Sequence record: PP942979.1
Length of the DNA stretch: 64,000 nucleotides
Strand: one strand, 5' to 3'
The position numbers and the translations under genes were made by a program. Below, piece by piece: positions 8,706 through 17,522 of this stretch; the stretch's first letter is position 1, and each line of letters begins with the position of its first letter. Under the pieces are notes generated by a model that saw only the letters and a list, made by a program, of their open reading frames with translations, did no database searches and was not told where the DNA came from.

Positions 8706-9743
8706 ATGAACAATAAGTCGAATCTCACAGGCGGTCAGATAGAAAGCGTCATGGACACAATGCTTCATGACTGCCTGCGTGAGATTGTTGAGAACACGGA
8801 CATATTCGATGTTCAACTGACCTATCTGTTGAACATGATTACGTCGAATAAAAAGCGAAAGCCGTACAACGCCGAGACGCGTGACCGTGCTATCAGCCTT
8901 CTGATTAAGGCGCTGTCTGTGCCTCGCGATCAGAAAATGATTTATATCCAGGAGCTTAAAATGGAGCGTAACTTCATTTACGTCTTCCTGGAAAATGTAA
9001 TTAAGCGATACTACACAACGTATGTAGATCTCTATCGGGGTTTCATTTCGACGCAAGATGCTGTTAAGCGCGAAGCGTATTCGAAACGCCTGAATGCCTA
9101 CGTGAAGATGTTTGGGGCAGAGTCTCGCTCCAAACTCTTTATCGCGTTGTGTCGTTTGAACGATCTTCTGCCGCAGTTCATGGAATACTTCCACTCGGTA
9201 GTTGCTGACTTCTATAGACTATGCAGCAAGCAAACAAAATTTTATGTTGATACGAACCGCGGTAAGCTGTATGACAGCAAAGACGTGCGCCAGAACTTCC
9301 TGCGCAACGTTATCGTGGCTATCAACAAGTATGACTCCTCTCGCGGTGCGATTGTGAGTTATACGAAGTGGTGGATCTTGAACGCCCAAACCTGTAGTAG
9401 CAGCGAGCATGAATACGGCATCGCTTATACTATTCCCCAGACTCAACGTAAGAAACTGGCGACAGGTGAAGATACCACTTCTCTGAATTTCTCGGTAAGT
9501 CTCGATACTCCTGCGAACGAATCTGATGAAGGTGCGGACGCGTCCCTACATCAAAAAGTGAGTGACCATCATCACTTAGAAGATCACGTAGATAGTGAAA
9601 GACGTACTGAAAAACTGAGGCTGCTTATTAAGCGCGTAGACCCACTCGGCGTTGCACGATTGACGATGGATGTGGGTGAGGAGTTCGATAAGTTCGAACT
9701 TGATATGATGCGCAAACATATGCAGGCTCAAGGGCTAGCCTAA
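8706..9743 (+). CDS. Phage sigma70-family RNA polymerase sigma factor (regions 2-3; no evident 4.2 HTH)
   Basis: DVRQNFLRNVIVAINKYDSSRGAIVSYTKWWILNA aligns by eye with RpoD [36 protein letters not shown]; later YTIP and VSLDTP. Confidence 0.75.
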   Translation: MNNKSNLTGGQIESVMDTMLHDCLREIVENTDIFDVQLTYLLNMITSNKKRKPYNAETRDRAISLLIKALSVPRDQKMIYIQELKMERNFIYVFLENVIKRYYTTYVDLYRGFISTQDAVKREAYSKRLNAYVKMFGAESRSKLFIALCRLNDLLPQFMEYFHSVVADFYRLCSKQTKFYVDTNRGKLYDSKDVRQNFLRNVIVAINKYDSSRGAIVSYTKWWILNAQTCSSSEHEYGIAYTIPQTQRKKLATGEDTTSLNFSVSLDTPANESDEGADASLHQKVSDHHHLEDHVDSERRTEKLRLLIKRVDPLGVARLTMDVGEEFDKFELDMMRKHMQAQGLA

Positions 9744-9745
9744 AA

Positions 9746-9754
9746 CTGTAAACA
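9746..9754 (+). promoter_or_regulatory. CTGTAAACA motif upstream of SSB
   Basis: Intergenic, about 39 nt before ATG 9793. Confidence 0.5.
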
Positions 9755-9792
9755 GTGATCACATAAGCACAACTCAATATTGAGGAACAACA

Positions 9793-11055
9793 ATGGCACG
9801 TGGATTTGGTGACATTCAAGATAACAGCAAACGCGATAGTTTGCGTGAATCAGAAATCTTTGAAATCTTCCCGCTGGCGAAGAAAGCAAACGGCAACTGG
9901 GTTTCAATTCGTCTGTTAGATCTCGACCTGCTTCCGATTAAGAAGCACTGGATCAAGATCATGGGCGGGAAAGACAAAGACAAAGAGATCAAAATCCCGC
10001 GCATGTGCGTTAGCTTCGACCCGGACAATCAGAACAAACCTCTGAACGGTATGAAGTGTCCGTACTGCGGCATCGCTCACGGCAACGACGAATCTGGTGC
10101 ACCGGCGCAGTACGACTATAAGTGGTACGCACAGGCAATCATTCGTGACGAGCAGGCTGCTGCGCCGCGTAAAATGCCGAAGATGACCAAGAAAGAAGAG
10201 AAGTCAGGCAAGAAAGAAATGGGCAGCGAGTCCTGGACTCCTGTGCAGTGTATTCCTCTGTCTAACTCTCTGGCTGGTAAAATCCGCGAGCTGGGTGAAC
10301 GTAATATTCACACGGTCAAAGACAAAAAGTCTGGCAAGAAGTCTAAGCAGGCGTTTCAGGTTAACCATCCGAAGTATGGCTGCGATATTGAAATCAAATA
10401 CAACGCCAAAAAATCTCCGGCAGAGCGTTACACCATCGAACGTGGCGATCATACTCCACTGACGAAAGAAGAACAGGCGTACCTGACCTGGGACTTCGAC
10501 AACTGGAACGAAATCTACGACATGCTGGGCCGTCTGAACGAAGAAGCTGCTATGGCTGACTTCAAGAAGATGGACGTTATCGGCGTTAACACCAACGATT
10601 CTGACGATGGTGATGACGATGACGATGACGACGATGCTATGGCGCTGGGCCGCAAAAAGAAAGGCGGCAAAGCGGACAAGAAAAAACGTCGCAGCGATGA
10701 TGACGATGACGACGAAGATGACGACGATGATGAAGATGATCGTCCTTCCAAGAAGTCTAAAAAGGCGACCAAGTCTCGTAAGATGTTAGACGATGACGAG
10801 GACGATGACGACGAAGACGACGAAGATGATCGTCCGTCGAAGAAAAAGAAATCTTCGAAAGACAAAAAGTCCTCGAAGGTTAAGTCTAAGAAGTCTAAGA
10901 AGTCAGATGATGACGACGAAGACGACGAAGACGAAAAGCCTAAGAAGAAGAAAAAGTCTTCTGACAAGGTGAAGTCTTCCGTTAAGAAGAAAAAGAAATC
11001 TTCTGACGACGATGACGACGACGCGCCGAAGAAAAAGAAGAAAAAGAAAAAGTAA
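9793..11055 (+). CDS. gp32-like single-stranded DNA-binding protein with long D/K block tail
   Basis: IRLL...HW...C...CPYC...Y....I and GCDIEI...Y pattern of gp32-like SSBs; adjacent to recA. Confidence 0.6.
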   Translation: MARGFGDIQDNSKRDSLRESEIFEIFPLAKKANGNWVSIRLLDLDLLPIKKHWIKIMGGKDKDKEIKIPRMCVSFDPDNQNKPLNGMKCPYCGIAHGNDESGAPAQYDYKWYAQAIIRDEQAAAPRKMPKMTKKEEKSGKKEMGSESWTPVQCIPLSNSLAGKIRELGERNIHTVKDKKSGKKSKQAFQVNHPKYGCDIEIKYNAKKSPAERYTIERGDHTPLTKEEQAYLTWDFDNWNEIYDMLGRLNEEAAMADFKKMDVIGVNTNDSDDGDDDDDDDDAMALGRKKKGGKADKKKRRSDDDDDDEDDDDDEDDRPSKKSKKATKSRKMLDDDEDDDDEDDEDDRPSKKKKSSKDKKSSKVKSKKSKKSDDDDEDDEDEKPKKKKKSSDKVKSSVKKKKKSSDDDDDDAPKKKKKKKK

Positions 11056-11063
11056 TGTGAAAC

Positions 11064-11090
11064 AGGGTGGCTAACGCCGCCCTTTCTTTT
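11064..11090 (+). terminator. Intrinsic terminator
   Basis: AGGGTGGC-TAAC-GCCGCCCT then TTCTTTT. Confidence 0.7.
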
Positions 11091-11112
11091 CTCTAATCTG
11101 GACCACCCAACA

Positions 11113-13641
11113 ATGGCGAAAACGAACAACAAGGCTGAGAAGAAAGCTGAGAAGAAAGCTAAAGTCAAAGCCGGTAAGACAAAAGGCAAAGCAGTCGCCT
11201 CTGATGATATTGGCGGCGTAGAAGTAGCAGGCTTTGACCTTGGTAGTCTGATGGACGATGTGCTCGACGGCATCGAGAAGAAAACGAAAGTAAGCTCACA
11301 GGACGCAGCGCGACACGCACCTCGTATCTCTACTGGTGTGCTTGCGCTTGATATGTACCTTGACGGCGGCATCGTACCTGGCGGCTGGTATACTTTCAGC
11401 GGCGGTGAGCAGTCCTGTAAGTCAACAATGACCATGAGTATCATGGCGAGCCTGATTCGTCTGAAATACTCTGGCATTAGCGTAGTGTTCGACTACGAAG
11501 GTTCTACTGATGCTGACTACGTTGCTGGCCAGCTCAAAACGTTTGGCGTTACTGTTGACGCGAAGACCATCTTTGGTGTGCGTGACGGTGACGACGGCAA
11601 CTGGATTATCAAACCGCGTATTCGCTACTACGCGCCGGACAACGGTGAACGCTTCTTCGATTATATGTCGATGCTGCGTCGTCGTCTGCCTGATAAGATC
11701 GTCGATAAAGACGGTAGCTCGTACTACATCTTTGAGAACAACAAAGAGAACGCCAAGAAGGTTGCTGGCAAGTACGATAAGAAGTGGTTCAGCCGTAACA
11801 ACCAGTTCAAAGTTCCTGCGTCTGACGGTCACATGCAGGCTATGGTTATCGTTGACTCCTATCCTGCGATGATGCCGGATCAGGTCGATGATGACGATGG
11901 CTCAAAAGCAATGGCACTGCAAGCGCGTATGTTCTCTGACGGCATCAAACGTTTCCGTGGTGGTATGCGTCGTAAGATGATGACCATCGTTGGCGTTAAC
12001 CAGTTGCGTCAGAAACCTGCTGTGATGTTCGGTAGCCCTGAGTATGAGCCTGGAGGTGATGCGTTGAAGTTCTATTGCTTCGACCGTGACACTCTGATTC
12101 GTACCGACCACGGTGTGATGACTGCACCTGAGATCGCGCAACTGCTGAAAGATGGCGTTAAAGTTTGCGTTGAATCGTTCGATGGTTATCAGCAAATCAA
12201 TGGCGCGTGGAAAGTTGAAGACGCTCCGTTCCCAATCGAACTGTCTGCTGGAGGCCATAGCTACATCGGTAGCGCAGAGCACCGTCAGTTTGTTCTGGTA
12301 CCTGGCGTAACTGCTGATGGTACGAATGTGTTCTATCCTGAGTGGCGTACTCTGAACGAGATGGCTACCGGTGGGCACGAAGGTGTATACGCTGGTCTGC
12401 GTGTACCGCCTGTCAAAGAACTGAAACAGAACGTACCTGATGCGTTCGATGAAGCAAGCCAGCTTGTAAGCAGTCTGCTTGCTAACTGTGATCCGGTAAG
12501 CGTTCAACTGCCTCTGGCCACGCATGGTGATACTACCTATGCAGCGAACGTGCTGACCATTGACGTAGTTGGTGAGAGCACTGATTCCTCCGACTTCTCG
12601 TTCTGGGCTAAGAAGCTGCTGGACATTGGCGTATTCGCTTACGCTGATGAACGTGGTATTCACATGCCTGGTCTGAACAAGCATGAGCTGGAAGAAGCTG
12701 TTGCGCAGGATGCTGACAGTGCGTTCCGTGGTCTGTCTTATGCCGCCACCTGTCGTCAACGTCAAACGCAGATGCTGATTGCTATTGCTGATCGCTTCCC
12801 GGAACTGACTCGCTATGTTCTGGACTATCAGTTGCAGGTAGGCGAAGCTAAAATCTATCTGGCTCCAGAGAACGACTTTGCCGAAGCGCTTGACCTGATT
12901 CTGCATCGTGAGATTGACGGGTACGATGACCTGTACGATCTGCTGATGCAGCAACTGGCTTACGTTGAAGACTGGTACAACTTCGATAGCTCTATCTTGC
13001 CTGTGCCGTTCTCGCTGAAAGTGCTGAACAAAGAAGTTGAGTTCTGGGATGTTAACGTTGCCGAGACTTCTGTGGTTATCACCAACGGCTTCGTATCGCA
13101 TAATAGTGATGTGCGCGTTCGTCTGGCTTCTCGTGCAGTACCTGATGCAGGCTGGACAAAACTCAAAGACGCACCTGGTGTTGTCGGTGAGAAGTCTGTC
13201 ACTATTGAGGGCGGTACTGACCGCTATCGTTTCATTGCTGCTAAGACCATCAAGAACAAGATGGGTGGCATCCCGAACCAGCAGACTTGGTTGCGTCTGT
13301 GGGAAGCTGACGGTAATGGTGAAGCGCGCGGCTTCGACCCTGTGTTCGATACGTGGCACTATCTGAAAGTTCTCGGCCTGATCAACGGCACACGTAAGAG
13401 CTTTAAGATCAAAGCGCCTTGCCCTCTGGCTTCCGAAGTCAAGATGGACTGGGATGACTTCCGCACTCTTATCAACGGCACCAAGACACAAGTTGTCGAT
13501 GTGTGTAAGAAGCTGAAAGTCAAACCTGCCGGCCTGCGTCTGTGGTGCTTCAAGTTCGTGCAATCTGCGAAAGGCAAAGAAATGTTGAAAGCGTCTATCA
13601 GTAAGTCTGCGAAGACTTCTGGTGATGAAGACGACGAGTAA
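11113..13641 (+). CDS. recA: RecA/UvsX-like recombinase precursor containing an intein (842 aa; 499 aa after splicing)
   Basis: RISTGVLALD..L.GGI..G, Walker A GGEQSCKST, VIVDSY, QARMFS, VNQLR, VMFGSPE..PGGDALKFY, KNK. Confidence 0.9.
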   Translation: MAKTNNKAEKKAEKKAKVKAGKTKGKAVASDDIGGVEVAGFDLGSLMDDVLDGIEKKTKVSSQDAARHAPRISTGVLALDMYLDGGIVPGGWYTFSGGEQSCKSTMTMSIMASLIRLKYSGISVVFDYEGSTDADYVAGQLKTFGVTVDAKTIFGVRDGDDGNWIIKPRIRYYAPDNGERFFDYMSMLRRRLPDKIVDKDGSSYYIFENNKENAKKVAGKYDKKWFSRNNQFKVPASDGHMQAMVIVDSYPAMMPDQVDDDDGSKAMALQARMFSDGIKRFRGGMRRKMMTIVGVNQLRQKPAVMFGSPEYEPGGDALKFYCFDRDTLIRTDHGVMTAPEIAQLLKDGVKVCVESFDGYQQINGAWKVEDAPFPIELSAGGHSYIGSAEHRQFVLVPGVTADGTNVFYPEWRTLNEMATGGHEGVYAGLRVPPVKELKQNVPDAFDEASQLVSSLLANCDPVSVQLPLATHGDTTYAANVLTIDVVGESTDSSDFSFWAKKLLDIGVFAYADERGIHMPGLNKHELEEAVAQDADSAFRGLSYAATCRQRQTQMLIAIADRFPELTRYVLDYQLQVGEAKIYLAPENDFAEALDLILHREIDGYDDLYDLLMQQLAYVEDWYNFDSSILPVPFSLKVLNKEVEFWDVNVAETSVVITNGFVSHNSDVRVRLASRAVPDAGWTKLKDAPGVVGEKSVTIEGGTDRYRFIAAKTIKNKMGGIPNQQTWLRLWEADGNGEARGFDPVFDTWHYLKVLGLINGTRKSFKIKAPCPLASEVKMDWDDFRTLINGTKTQVVDVCKKLKVKPAGLRLWCFKFVQSAKGKEMLKASISKSAKTSGDEDDE
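12076..13104 (+). mobile_element. Intein, 343 aa, in RecA (ALKFY|CFDRDT...GFVSHN|SDVR)
   Basis: N-terminal Cys, block B SAEH, block F FWDVNV, terminal HN followed by Ser; removal restores the RecA motif. Confidence 0.9.
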
Positions 13642-13648
13642 TAAACGC

Positions 13649-13674
13649 GGGAGGGCTTCGGCTCTCCCTTTATT
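13649..13674 (+). terminator. Intrinsic terminator
   Basis: GGGAGGGC-TTCG-GCTCTCCC then TTTATT. Confidence 0.75.
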
Positions 13675-13690
13675 CGTGTAAGGAGAACCA

Positions 13691-14113
13691 ATGCGTACTC
13701 AAATCTTTACCGCTGATATTGTTAATCTGCAAACAACCGCAACTAACGAAGAAACAGGCGAAGAGATTGTCACACAAACAATCGTGCCTAACGTCGAAGG
13801 TGAACTGACAATCAGTGTTGGTGAACTGTCTCGTCTGTCTGAAAGCCTGAGCGAGCCTACCGACTCTGACTGCCGCCTGATTGTTATCGTGTCTCCGGAT
13901 GCAACGCCGGTCTTCTATGACGAAGCGCTGTCCAGTTACTTCGACCCAATCGAGCGTATTGCTGATATTCAGGCCGGCAACATCGGTACCATCAACGGTC
14001 TGCAAGTCATTCGCGGCCTGCAAGGCGATCACCCTTACGTTGCAGTTGTCGAAGTACGTGACGCTGATACCGTAGAGATCGTTCGCTACAACGCGTCTGT
14101 AGTAAAACTGTAA
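13691..14113 (+). CDS. Hypothetical protein
   Basis: AAGGAG RBS, 140 aa. Confidence 0.8.
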   Translation: MRTQIFTADIVNLQTTATNEETGEEIVTQTIVPNVEGELTISVGELSRLSESLSEPTDSDCRLIVIVSPDATPVFYDEALSSYFDPIERIADIQAGNIGTINGLQVIRGLQGDHPYVAVVEVRDADTVEIVRYNASVVKL

Positions 14114-14151
14114 ATACTAAGTGGGAGTCATACTCCCACGTTCTCTGGCTT

Positions 14152-14203
14152 GATAGGCAATGCGCCACAAGCAAAACAAACTAACTCGATAGGCAATGCG
14201 CCA
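14152..14203 (+). repeat. Perfect 16-nt direct repeat GATAGGCAATGCGCCA x2 (period 36)
   Basis: Copies at 14152-14167 and 14188-14203, intergenic, abutting the RBS. Confidence 0.9.
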
Positions 14204-14213
14204 GGAGTGATTT

Positions 14214-14915
14214 ATGAAAAAGATTCAGACTAACATTTTACCCACCGAAGCCCTGCACGGACTAATCCACGGGTACGCGCGTCACGCCAAACAGCCTGAC
14301 GCTGCGAACAAGACGTTGTTCTATGTTGACGTCACTGAACGCAGTGCTAACGATGCACTGTACTCTATTCTTCGCCGCGATATTCCTTCAAACATCATCG
14401 GTACTGCCTACGATTGTCTTGTTGGTTTCCGTGGACATACAGCTCCTGCTCAACTTCCCATCGTGCTGTCGGAGAGTTTATATCACATAGGTTTGGATAG
14501 ACTCGCTAGTTCCCTGGCTGGAATTTTTGACGCTCTCGGCCGTACCGTGCATACTAACGACACGCAGATCACTATTTACGGTGAACCTGCAATTGAGAAA
14601 CTTCTGTCTATTGTTCGAGATACGCAGTTTAAGAGTTTCTTGGAAGTGTGCAACCCTGAACTTGCTTGTGGTGACTTCGACCTACAGTCCAATATCACTG
14701 TAGACAACTTTGTGTCTATGGCAATCGACCCGGACTTTGAAAAGCGTATTCCTGATAGCCCCGGGACCACCTATACATTTGGTCGTGACTTCATGTTTAT
14801 GCACTATGAAGACCTGCATAAAGTTATTCAGATGCTGCGTAAATATAAAAAGAATTGCACCCTGCATCCTGATTTGATGCGCTACTATTTCATGAACGTA
14901 ATCTGTAAATACTGA
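14214..14915 (+). CDS. Hypothetical protein
   Basis: AGGAG RBS, 233 aa. Confidence 0.8.
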   Translation: MKKIQTNILPTEALHGLIHGYARHAKQPDAANKTLFYVDVTERSANDALYSILRRDIPSNIIGTAYDCLVGFRGHTAPAQLPIVLSESLYHIGLDRLASSLAGIFDALGRTVHTNDTQITIYGEPAIEKLLSIVRDTQFKSFLEVCNPELACGDFDLQSNITVDNFVSMAIDPDFEKRIPDSPGTTYTFGRDFMFMHYEDLHKVIQMLRKYKKNCTLHPDLMRYYFMNVICKY

Positions 14916-14963
14916 TCAACAACCGAACACAATTGCTGTGTGTAGTCTCGCCCGACTTGGGCA

Positions 14964-14997
14964 GGGGAGAGCCGGATGGCCTCCCCATTTTTTTTTT
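14964..14997 (+). terminator. Intrinsic terminator
   Basis: GGGGAG(A)GCC-GGAT-GGCCTCCCC then A and a long T run. Confidence 0.7.
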
Positions 14998-15011
14998 GGC
15001 TGAGGGTTTTT

Positions 15012-16025
15012 ATGGCAACATTCATCGAAGTACATGAGGCCTACTTGCAGGAGTCTGCCTCTCGCGGTGCAGCACGATCTAAAATAACCGACCAGTTTAC
15101 TGCTTATCTTAAAAAGAGAAACGGTAAACTCCCGCCACTAGGAATCCCTATGGACGAGTTTGTCCGTTGGTCTAACATGATTCCGACAGAGATCAACCCT
15201 GACATATCTCGTCAGCTAATGTTTATTTCGTCAGCGACCTACACTCATTACGTTTGGTCTTTTACGAAAGCATCCTTTGTGATTGAGAAAGAATTGTGGC
15301 CACATCTGATTGAGGGTGATGCGCCTAAAGTGCTTCCCACTTCCACACTGCGCCAGCTGCCTCACTGGTCGCAGTGGATTAATTGTGTGTTCACGCTTGA
15401 TTACAAACACGCAGCGACAGGTAACAAATATACAATTGACCTAGAAGGATTCTGGGCAACATACACCAACTATCTGGAAGCAACACATCTCAATCTATCC
15501 TGCTTGGGTGTATACAATGATGGTACGGGAGATCAGATCATGTCTCTCTACATCATATTCGACATTACTAAAGACATGGAGTTGTCTGATGGATTCGATT
15601 GGTTCATTCATCTGGTAGGCGCTAGAGGCGCAACTGCTGTGGATATTAATTCTGATAACGGCGCTGAGGTTAATGAAGCTATCATGGCGCTCATGAAGCC
15701 TGTCGTTAACGTGCTACTATTTGTTGCATCGCAGGTAGATAACATCTATAAAGGAGGAATCAAATCACTCAAACCTAGACGTAGCGGTAACAGCTACAAA
15801 ATCATTCCTGTTCGTGATGTTCGTGAGTGGAATGTTGGCACTGAGTTGCTTAATGAAATTCGTACTTACGAAAGCGAAGTGAGATCTCATGAATCAAATG
15901 GTCGTCGTGCTCACATACGTCGAGCGCACCACCATAACTATTGGTACGGCCCTCTCAAGGGCGAGCGTGAGCTAAAATCGCGCTGGGTACCGCCATGCGT
16001 TGTTCGCGGCACTGTCGTAGAATAA
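15012..16025 (+). CDS. Hypothetical protein with C-terminal HIRRAHHH.YWYG...WVPP motif
   Basis: GAGG RBS before MATFIEV; long ORF. Confidence 0.8.
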   Translation: MATFIEVHEAYLQESASRGAARSKITDQFTAYLKKRNGKLPPLGIPMDEFVRWSNMIPTEINPDISRQLMFISSATYTHYVWSFTKASFVIEKELWPHLIEGDAPKVLPTSTLRQLPHWSQWINCVFTLDYKHAATGNKYTIDLEGFWATYTNYLEATHLNLSCLGVYNDGTGDQIMSLYIIFDITKDMELSDGFDWFIHLVGARGATAVDINSDNGAEVNEAIMALMKPVVNVLLFVASQVDNIYKGGIKSLKPRRSGNSYKIIPVRDVREWNVGTELLNEIRTYESEVRSHESNGRRAHIRRAHHHNYWYGPLKGERELKSRWVPPCVVRGTVVE

Positions 16026-16069
16026 CTCTCAAACAACTCCACGTATGGGCGTTATGCCCGGAGGTCAAT

Positions 16070-16828
16070 ATGTCTCGTGTACAAACTCTATGGATTCCTG
16101 ATATGGAATCGTATGAATCTTACATCCGTTCTCTGTGTCATATGGCGCGATCGCTGGAAAACAATGGACTGAACTACGGCAAGATGAAACGTGTCGTGTT
16201 CATCGGCCTGTCAAAGCGTAGTGTTGAATCCTACGTTAAACAGCTTCTCAATTCAAACACGTTGCCGAATACTCTCGTTTGCTTCGGCATCGACGAGCCA
16301 CCTGTTAGTCACCGTGAGTTCTCCTTCATCGGTTCGCATGTTGTGTTGATGCACGACCTGACATATGCAGGAGACAACGCGATGGGCCGCGTGTCGCAGC
16401 GTGTTCTCGAAATCATCCTGAGCCTGAAACAAAAGCCTGAGGATCGTGAACTTAAAAATGGTGCGCTGTCTCTTGTCTACCAAAACCCGATGCTGTGGTC
16501 TTACATCAGGGACAATGGTGCGAGTATGTACATGAACGCCGTACACATTCAATACGCAGAAGGTCTTGTGTCGTCTATCGGTGTTGATCAACTCATGTCC
16601 TGCAAAGACAACGAAGACTATCACAAACTTCATGCGCCTGTGATTACGATCGGCCTTGAGTTCTTCTACGTTAAGCCTGATGAACTGCTGTCCAAACTCT
16701 GCAACCTGATGTGGTCTCTCGGATCAACCACCTGCGAGTTTAAGGACAACTATAAAATCGTACTGCATGACGACTTCCGCCTCGCTTTCTTCGAAGAATT
16801 CCTTCTCAGAGAGTTTAAGGGGTTTTAA
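16070..16828 (+). CDS. Hypothetical protein
   Basis: GGAGGT RBS before MSRVQTL. Confidence 0.8.
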   Translation: MSRVQTLWIPDMESYESYIRSLCHMARSLENNGLNYGKMKRVVFIGLSKRSVESYVKQLLNSNTLPNTLVCFGIDEPPVSHREFSFIGSHVVLMHDLTYAGDNAMGRVSQRVLEIILSLKQKPEDRELKNGALSLVYQNPMLWSYIRDNGASMYMNAVHIQYAEGLVSSIGVDQLMSCKDNEDYHKLHAPVITIGLEFFYVKPDELLSKLCNLMWSLGSTTCEFKDNYKIVLHDDFRLAFFEEFLLREFKGF

Positions 16829-16904
16829 GATTATTCTGAGTTTCGTCATTAATTTCTCCAAGTTAGCAAGAAGTGCTGACTAAATAGTTATTTGGAGAAA
16901 TAAC

Positions 16905-17165
16905 ATGTGCGAACGTAGCCTCGTACGGTTGAAGTACATCGCACGGTCATCGAACTGGTGCAATAATAAAGTAAACGCTTGTAGTGAGCGGAAGGCGACG
17001 AACGTACAATGCGAAGATTTTTTAGCAGTAACAAAAGATTGTCGCAGTGTGCAGGACTCGTCCAATGTTGTTTCCTTCTTCAAAGATCAAGAGCTGGTAG
17101 GTCAAGCTATTTGGGAAGAGAAAGAGGGAGACCACATACTTCAATTCCGACTACTACTCGCATAA
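16905..17165 (+). CDS. Hypothetical protein
   Basis: GGAG RBS, 86 aa. Confidence 0.6.
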   Translation: MCERSLVRLKYIARSSNWCNNKVNACSERKATNVQCEDFLAVTKDCRSVQDSSNVVSFFKDQELVGQAIWEEKEGDHILQFRLLLA

Positions 17166-17224
17166 CTTTCCTAATAGGGCTATCAGAGCAATCTGGTGGC
17201 CCTTCTTCATTTCTAGGAGCTGTC

Positions 17225-17491
17225 ATGCCGTACCACCTGCAACTGCAAGAGAAACACTTTAGAGCTATTCAAGATCACGCGGACCAAATCATCGGTCTGT
17301 CCGCTTTAGTATCGAAGTTAGCTGAGGACGATATTGTCGTTGTCAATGTGTCCGTGTCGCGTCCACAAGACGCGGGTGTTCCCATTACCGTTGTTCGTGA
17401 CGGCTGTGAGCGATACTTGGAGGTGCAGAGAGCGCCTTGGCCCATCTCACCTGATTCACCATCTATAGAAATAGCAATCGTTCAATACTGA
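17225..17491 (+). CDS. Hypothetical protein
   Basis: AGGAG RBS before MPYHLQ. Confidence 0.65.
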   Translation: MPYHLQLQEKHFRAIQDHADQIIGLSALVSKLAEDDIVVVNVSVSRPQDAGVPITVVRDGCERYLEVQRAPWPISPDSPSIEIAIVQY

Positions 17492-17496
17492 CGCTT

Positions 17497-17522
17497 AGGC
17501 TGCCCTCGTTGGCGGCCTTTTC
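17497..17522 (+). terminator. Intrinsic terminator
   Basis: AGGCTGCC-CTCGTT-GGCGGCCT then TTT. Confidence 0.65.

Noticed and set aside
10600-11040. GACGAT/GAAGAT tandem repeats as a DNA repeat array
   Set aside because: Explained by Asp/Glu/Lys codons with synonymous variation; no spacers
11398-11427. Walker A variant GGEQSCKST as a sign of inactive RecA
   Set aside because: Phage recombinases tolerate a non-Gly here (T4 UvsX has GPSKSFKS); Lys and Ser/Thr are intact
10515-11477. 320-aa minus-strand poly-Ser/Phe ORF
   Set aside because: Antisense of the D/K tail of the SSB
11902-13563. 553-aa minus-strand ORF
   Set aside because: Shadow of recA/intein; no independent motifs
14108-14113. 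CTGTAA at 14108, 22885, 24454 and 36984 as promoters
   Set aside because: Each is simply a Leu codon plus TAA stop, so they are not independent support for the motif and were down-weighted
16863-16903. Hairpins GTTAGCA/TGCTGAC and TTATTT-GGAG-AAATAA around an RBS
   Set aside because: Short, AU-rich and single-instance; too weak to claim regulation
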